Of a stretch of DNA of 64,000 nucleotides, positions 57,597 through 64,000 are shown one piece after another. The notes beneath the pieces were generated by a model, which worked only from the letters and a program-made list of their open reading frames with translations, searched no databases and had not been told where the DNA came from. This DNA comes from the human T2T-CHM13v2.0 reference genome, Homo sapiens: the NCBI RefSeq assembly GCF_009914755.1, contig NC_060942.1; one strand, given 5' to 3'. Position 1 is the first letter of the stretch, and each line of letters opens with the position of its first letter. The translations under genes and the position numbers were made by a program.

Positions 57597-58630
57597 ATTC
57601 ATTCATTCATTTGACAACTACTAATTGAGCTTTAACTGTGTGTCAGGCTTTGCAATAAGATCTGCTCTTTCAAGTCAGAATCAAACACTGTCCTTATCTG
57701 AAAGGAGCTCCCAGCTTGAAGGGGAGGAGGTATATACATATGCACTTAGGATATTGAGATAAGTGAGGCAGTGGTTTGTAAAGACCCTGGGAAGTACAAA
57801 GAATAAAAGCACCCATTTGTAAGGTGGGGCATAAACTGTCAAGGGCATCCACAGACAGGAGATGATAACCAAATTGAAGGATGAGTAGGAGCTTATCAAG
57901 CAGAGTGGAAAGGCCATTCCAGAATGACAGGCTCGCGGGCACAGGCATGATGCAGCAGGGATGATTCAGGAAGCTACAAGAAGTCTGGTGCAATTGCAGT
58001 AGGTGTTGTCTTGAGGGCAGTGATAGGTTTTGAGGTTAGAAAAATAGGCAGGCACCAATTCACAGAAAACTTTTTTGTAAAGCTATGAATTTTGAGCATG
58101 AGGCAGTCCTTAACTATATCAAATGTGAGAATATTTCTTAAAACCACATTTTTTCAGATGCACATGAGACAAAATAGTTACTAAATGAGAAAATATATAA
58201 TGACATAGGGCCATAATTAATAATGCACTTAATAAATTTATGCTTATCACTACCAAAAAATTTATTGAACACTTACATTGTGCCCTTCATGGTACTGGGA
58301 AAGGAAGAGGTGCAATTTAGAAGAGACAATTCTCGTTCTTAAATTGGTTAGCATCTATTAAGGGAACAAATACTTGACAACCCAAAACAATACACTGTGA
58401 AAATTTCAATAATGGAGGGACCTGTAGGTGCAAAAGGGATTGCAGAGATGAGAGAATCCTAGGTTTTCTCAGAGGTGTCAGGGAAAGTGTCACAGAACGA
58501 GGCTTAGTTTACTTTTTGCAAAAGGAGTAGGAATTCTCTAGAAAGAAGCATTTCTATGAAGGAGGCAATAGGGCATTTTAGGCGGCGGAAACAGCTTGTG
58601 CAAAGGCTGAGGAGTCAGGAAAGGCAAAAT
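57597..58630 (-). mobile_element. Two L2 3'-end fragments (about 57597-58110 and 58255-58630)
   Basis: attcattcattcatttgacaactactaattgagc (L2 terminal repeat); tttattgaacacttacattgtgcc; ggcggcggaaacagcttgtgcaaaggc. Confidence 0.75.
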
Positions 58631-59039
58631 ATGAACTTACTAGAATGGCAACAAGGTCAAAGGGCAAAGAAATTATGACTGTGAAGATTTCTTTTTATCT
58701 AATTTGGAAAATGAAGAGTTAGTTCTCCAGCTGTGTAAGAGGTAGGCAGATTCTTGACCAACTAGTTTGGCATTAGGACTCCTGGGCATAAGAACTTTTA
58801 ATTGGAACATCTAGTTATTAGTGGAATCTACGGCGATTCTCTATTTGCCTGAAATATCACAGTGAGAACAACAGAGGAAGCAGCTTTGTAGGAATTAAAC
58901 AATATTATAAAAATGGAAATAAAACTGAAATTATATATGCTTCTAATTTGAAAATGCAGATCAGAGAGAAAATATCAAAATGGTAATAGCTGCATTTTAA
59001 AAGCACTATTTATCACTACTTTGCAACCTACTATTATTG

Positions 59040-59250
59040 GACTATTACCTTGATGATTAAACTTTTCAATTACATGTTGCATCGTATTAGGTTTTATACA
59101 ATCATTAATTAGTTCACTCACATAAAACCCAGTGAGGAAGCTGAAAGATTTTATTACCTACTGTTTTACAGATGAGAAAACAAGGCAACAAGGTTAAGTG
59201 GCTTCCTGAATTTTTCCTATCGGGTCTGAGGCCTGCAGGATGGGAGTCTG
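59040..59250 (-). mobile_element. MIR
   Basis: tattacctactgttttacagatgagaaaacaaggcaacaaggttaagtggcttcctgaa. Confidence 0.8.
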
Positions 59251-59666
59251 GCCCCCAGCATGGCCTGCCTGGCATGGCTCCCTCAGTTCTGCTCCCAGCT
59301 TCACATGCTCCACTAATTGGGGATGGGTACCCCTGGTGTTCTTGAAAATTAATGATATTCAAAGCTACAAGATGTATCTGTTGTAGTCTATGTTTGTTTA
59401 CTTGTGGCAATTAGTGACCATCTGCTCTGGAGGTGATGGTATTAGGCCCTCTTTTGGAAATAGTAACTTCTAGGAAGGAGACGCCCAGGCTATTAGGGAA
59501 GGAGGGCTGACAAATGAATGGGGTCTCGGGTTCTCCAGAGGGTGGAGAGACTGCATGTCAGACATGTAAGGAAAAAAGCAAACTGAGTCATTTATTCTCT
59601 TCTCTTGTTGCCTCTCCTTTTTCTCTATCTTCTGTCATCAAATCATGGTTACTTGCCCAGAGTTTC

Positions 59667-60054
59667 TGTCAGGCCTTTGAGCCCAAGCTAAGCCATCATA
59701 CCCCTGTGACCTACACGTTATACATCCAGATGGCCTGAAGCAATTGAAGATCCACAAAATAAGTGAAAATAGCCTTAACGGATGACATTCCACCATTGTG
59801 ATTTGTTTCCACCCCACCCTAACTGATACATATATTCTCCCCCACCCTTAAGAAGGTACTTCGGAATATTCTCTCCCGCTCTTAAGAATGTGCTTTGTAT
59901 GCCTATCCCAAACCTGTAAGAACTAATGATAATCCCACCACCCTTTGCTGACTCTTTTTTTTGGACTCAGCCCATCTGCACTCAGGTGAAATAAACAGCC
60001 TTGTTACTCACACAAAGCCTGTTTGGTGGTCTCTTCACATGGATGCGCGTGACA
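59667..60054 (+). mobile_element. HERV-H 5' LTR (LTR7 family, LTR7B/type II-like), 388 bp
   Basis: TGTCAGGCCTTTGAGCCCAAGCTAAGCCATCAT...GCGCGTGACA; two ~33-bp ctcccccacccttaagaa-type repeats; GT box cccaccaccc 59934-59943; AATAAA 59990-59995. Confidence 0.96.
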
Positions 60055-60056
60055 TT

Positions 60057-60074
60057 TGGTGCCGTGACTAGGAT
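60057..60074 (+). promoter_or_regulatory. tRNA-His primer binding site
   Basis: TGGTGCCGTGACTAGGAT, one mismatch to TGGTGCCGTGACTCGGAT. Confidence 0.93.
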
Positions 60075-60197
60075 TGGGGGCCCTCCCTTGGGAGATCAAT
60101 CCCCTGTCCTCCTGCTCTTTGCTCCATGAGAAAGATCCACCTACGACTTTGGGTCCTTAGACCAACCAGCCCAAGGAACATCTCACCAATTTTAAAT

Positions 60198-60206
60198 CGG
60201 GTAAGC
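60198..60206 (+). promoter_or_regulatory. HERV-H major splice donor
   Basis: CGG|GTAAGC in the leader at the usual position (...ttttaaatcgg|gtaagc). Confidence 0.8.
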
Positions 60207-60597
60207 AGCCTCTTTTTACTCTCTTCTCCAGCCTCTCTCAGTATCCCTCAATCTCTTTCTCCTTTCAATCTTGGCACCATCCTTCATTTCTCCCTTGTCT
60301 TAATTTCAGTTCATTTCCTTTTCTGGTAGAGACAGAGGAGATGCGTTTTATCCGTGAACCCAAAACTCCGGCACTGGTCATGGATTCAGGAAGACAGTCT
60401 TCCCTTGGTGTTTAATCACTGGAGGGATGCCTGCTTGATTATTCACCCACGTTTCAGAGGTGTCTGATCACAGTGGGGATGCCTGCTTTGATCCTTCACC
60501 CTTAGTGGCAAGCACCACTTTCCTGGGGGGCAAGCACACCCCACTCCTTCTCTTTGTGTCTCTACCCTCTCTTTTCTCTGGGCTTGCCTCCTTCACT

Positions 60598-61878
60598 ATG
60601 GGCAAACTTCCACCGTCCATTCCTCCTTCTTCTCCCTTAGCCTGTGTTCTCAAAAACTTAAAACCTCTTCAACTCACACCTGACCTAAAACCTAAATGCC
60701 TTATTTTCTTCTGCAATGCTGCTTAACCCCAATACAAACTCGACAGTGGTTCCAAATAGCCAGAAAGTGGCACTTTTGATTTTTCCATCCAACAAGATCT
60801 AGATAATTCTTGTCGTAAAATGGGCAAACTGTCTGAGCTGCCTGATGTCCAGGCATTCTTTTACACATCAGTCCCTCTCTAGTCTCTGTTCTCAATGTGA
60901 CTCGTCCCAAATCCTCCTTGTTTCCCTCCTGCCTGTCCCCTCAGTCCCAACCCCAAGCATCACTGTGTCTTTTCAATCTTCCTTTTCTACAGACCCATCT
61001 GACCTCTCCCCTCATCCCCAGACTGCTCCACCTCGGGTCACTCCCTGCCAGGCTGAATCAGGCTCCAATTCTTTCTCAGCCTCCACTCCCCCTACCCTAT
61101 AATCCTTCTATCAACTCCCCTCCTCACACCCGGTCTGGCTTACACTTTCGTTCCACGACTAGCCCTCTCCCACTTGCCCAAAAATTTCCTCTTAAAGAGG
61201 TGGCTGGAGCTAAAGGCATAGTCAGGGTTAATGCTCCTTTTTCTTTATCCGACCTCTCCCAAATCAATTGGCATTTAGGCTCTTTTTCATCAAATATAAA
61301 AACCCAACTCAGTTCATGGCTCGTTTGGCAGCATCCCTGAGATGCTTTACAGCCCTAGACCCTGAAAGGTCAGAAGGCCGTCTTATTCTCAACATGCATT
61401 TTATTACCCAATCCACTCCCGACATTAAAAAAGCTCCAAAAATTAGATTCTGGCCCTCAAGCCCCCCAACAGGACTTAATTAACCTCGCCTTCAAGGTAT
61501 ACAATAATAGAGTAGAGTCAGCCAAGTGGCAACATATTTCTGAGTTGCAATTCCTTGCCTCCACTGTGAAAGAAACCCCAGCCACATCTCCAGCACACAA
61601 GAACTTCAAAATGCATACACCGCAGTGGTCAAGCATTCCTACAAGACCTCTTCCATCAGGATTTTACTTCAAGTGCCAGAAATCTGGCCACTGGGCCAAG
61701 GAATGTCTGCAGTCCGGGATTCCTTCTAAGCCGTGTCCCATCTGCACAGGACCCCACTGAAAATCAGACTGTCCACTGAAACTCACCCGGCAGCCACTCC
61801 CAGAGCCCCTAGAACTCTGGCCCAAGGCTTTCTGACTGACTCCCTCCCAGATCTTCTTGGCTTAGTGACTGAAGACTA
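60598..61878 (+). pseudogene. gag: HERV-H gag, defective
   Basis: MGKLPPSIPPSSPLACVLKNL N-terminus; FPLKEVAGAKGIVRVNAPFSLSDL; zinc knuckles YFKCQKSGHWAKEC and CPICTGPH*KSDC; several stops and frameshifts. Confidence 0.9.
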
Positions 61879-61899
61879 ATCTCCCAATCACCTCAGAAG

Positions 61900-62250
61900 C
61901 TTCCTGGACCATCACAGATGCTTTGGGTAACACTTACAGTGGAGGGTAAGTCCGTCCCCTTCTTAATGTGGAGCCTACCCACTCCACATTACCTTCTTTT
62001 CAATGGCCTGTTTCCCTTGCCCCCACAACTGTTGTGGGTATTGACGGCCAAGCTTCAAAACCCCTTAAAACTTCCCCACTCTGGTACCAACTTGGACAAT
62101 ATTCTTTTATGCACTCTTTTTTAGTTATCCCCACCTGCCCAGTTCACTTATTAGGCTGAGACATTTTAACCAATTTATCTGCTTCCCTGACTATTCCTGG
62201 ACTACAGCCACATCTCATTGCCACCCTTCTTCCCAACCCAAAGCCTCCTT
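61900..62250 (+). pseudogene. pro: HERV-H protease, defective
   Basis: WVTLTVEGKSVPFL, a frameshift at the catalytic motif, then TVVGIDGQAS...HSFLVIPTCPVHLLG*. Confidence 0.85.
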
Positions 62251-64000
62251 TGCATCTTCCTCTCATATCCCCCTACCTTAACCCACAAATATGGGACAAC
62301 TCTACTCCCTTCCTGGCAACCGATCACATGCCCATTACTAGCCCATTAAAACCTAATCACCCTTATCCTGCTCAATGCCAGTATCCCATCCCACAACAGG
62401 CTTTAAGGGGATTGAAGCCTGTTATCACTCACCTGCCACTGCATGTACTTCTAAAACTTATAAACTCTCCTTACAATTCTCCCATTTTACGTGTCCAAAA
62501 ACTGGACAAGTCCTACAGGTTAGTTCAGGATCTGCACCTTATCAACCAAATTGTTTTGCCTATCCACCCTGTGGTGCTCAACCCATACACCCTTTTGTTC
62601 TCAATACCTTCCTCCACAACTCACTATTCCGTTCTTGATCTTAAAGATGCTTTTTTCACTATTCCCCTGCACCCCTTGTCCCAGCCACTCCTTGCTTTTA
62701 CCTGGGATGACCCTGACACCCATCAGTCCCAGCAGCTTACCTGGGCTGTACTGCCACAAGGCTTCAGGGGTAGCCCTCATTACTTCAGCCAAGCTCTTTC
62801 TCATGATTTACTTTCTTTCCACCCCTCCACTTCTCACCTTATTCAATATATTGATGAACTTCTACTTTGGAGCCCCTCCTTTGAATCTTCTCAACAAGAC
62901 ACCCTCCTGCTCCTTCAACATTTATTCTCCAAGGGATATCGGGTATCCCCCTCCAAACCTCAAATTTCTTCTCCATCTGTTACCTACCTCGGCATAATTC
63001 TTCATGAAAACAAACTTGCTCTCCCTGCTGATTGTGTCTGACTGATCTCTCAAACCCTGACCCCTTCTACAAAACAACAACTCCTTTCCTTCCTGGGAAT
63101 GGTTGGATAATTTTTAGAGGCCCTCAAAATCACAAACTATGCTCAACTCACTCTCTGCAGTTCTCATAACTTCCAAAATCAATTTTCTTCCTCACACCTG
63201 ACACATATACTTTCTGCTCCCCGACTCCTTCAGCTATACTCACTCTTTGTTGAGTCTCCCTCAATTGCCATTGTTCCTGGCCCAGACTTCAATCTAGCCT
63301 CCCACATTATTCCAGATACCACACCTGACCCCCATGATGGTATCTCTCTGATCCACCTGACATTCACCCCATTTCCCCATATTTCCTTCTTTCCTGTTCC
63401 TCACCCTGATCACACTTGGTTTATTGATGGCAGTTCCACCAAGCCTAATCATCACTCACCAGCAAAGGCAGGCTTTGCTATATTATCTTTCACATTTATC
63501 ATTAAGGCTACCGCTCTGCCCCCCTCCACTACCTCTCAGCAAGCCAAACTCATTGCCTTTACTTGAGCCGTCACTCTTGAAAAGGGACTACGTGTCAATA
63601 TTTATACCGACTCTAAATATGCCTTCCATATCCTGCACCACCATGCTGTTATAGGGGCAGAAAGAAGTTTCCTCACTACACAGGGTTCCTACATCATTAA
63701 TGCGTCTTTAATAAAAACTCTTCTCAAGGCCACTTTACTTCCAAAGGAAGCTGGAGTCATTCACTGCAAGGACCATCAAAAGGTGTCAGATCCCATTGCT
63801 CTGGGGAGCGCTTATGCTGATAAGGTAGCTAAAGAAGCAGCTAGTATTCCAACTTCTGTCCCTCATGGCCAGTTTTTCTCCTTGTCATTGGTCACTCCCA
63901 CCTACTCTCCCATGAAACTTCCACCTATCAATCTCTTCCCACACAAGGCAAATGGTTCTTAGACCAAGGAAAATATCCCCTTCCAGCCTCACAGGCCCAT
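62250..64000 (+). pseudogene. pol: HERV-H pol (RT, RNase H), defective; provirus continues past the window
   Basis: 263-aa ORF with SPYNSPIL, YRLVQDL, YSVLDLKDAFFTIPL, WAVLPQGF, QYIDELLL, VTYLG. RNase H motifs WFIDGSS (~63417) and IYTDSKYAF (~63600). Confidence 0.95.

Noticed and set aside
59667-60054. LTR as the pluripotency-active LTR7up subtype
   Set aside because: It has type II-like repeats and lacks the duplicated ACAAAAGAAG block; the single copy reads acaaaataag.
62250-63041. 263-aa reverse transcriptase ORF as a novel or functional RT system
   Set aside because: It is ordinary HERV-H pol with YIDE at the catalytic motif, a premature stop, and broken gag and pro upstream.

Overview
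Repeat-rich, AT-rich, CpG-poor primate genomic DNA, most likely human or another Old World primate (Alu J/S/Y, L1PA, MST MaLRs, HERV-H/LTR7). It looks intronic or intergenic. I find no intact protein-coding gene, RNA gene or CpG island. The recognisable ORFs are decayed L1, MaLR, Alu or HERV-H fragments. Main content, left to right: an old L1 tail; a 97-bp triplication; a degraded ERVL provirus holding a solo MST LTR that itself holds a full-length MSTA-like element; a solo ERV1 LTR; an internally deleted, TSD-flanked L1MA element with three Alus; a 5'-truncated young L1PA apparently carrying a 3' transduction; a second full-length MSTA-like element; many MIR/L2/DNA-transposon relics; and the 5' 4.3 kb of a defective HERV-H running off the right edge. 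I cannot support a new biological system here. Most worth checking: (i) the apparent L1 3' transduction of an older L1 fragment inside one TSD pair; (ii) two locally templated insertions (172 bp and 20 bp); (iii) a spaced, non-canonical REST-like site in unique DNA; (iv) plus-strand exon-like segments that could form a non-coding transcript ending in the HERV-H LTR, which has lost its TATA box but kept AATAAA. Subfamily names come from recognition of consensus features, not a RepeatMasker run, and boundaries of old repeats are approximate.
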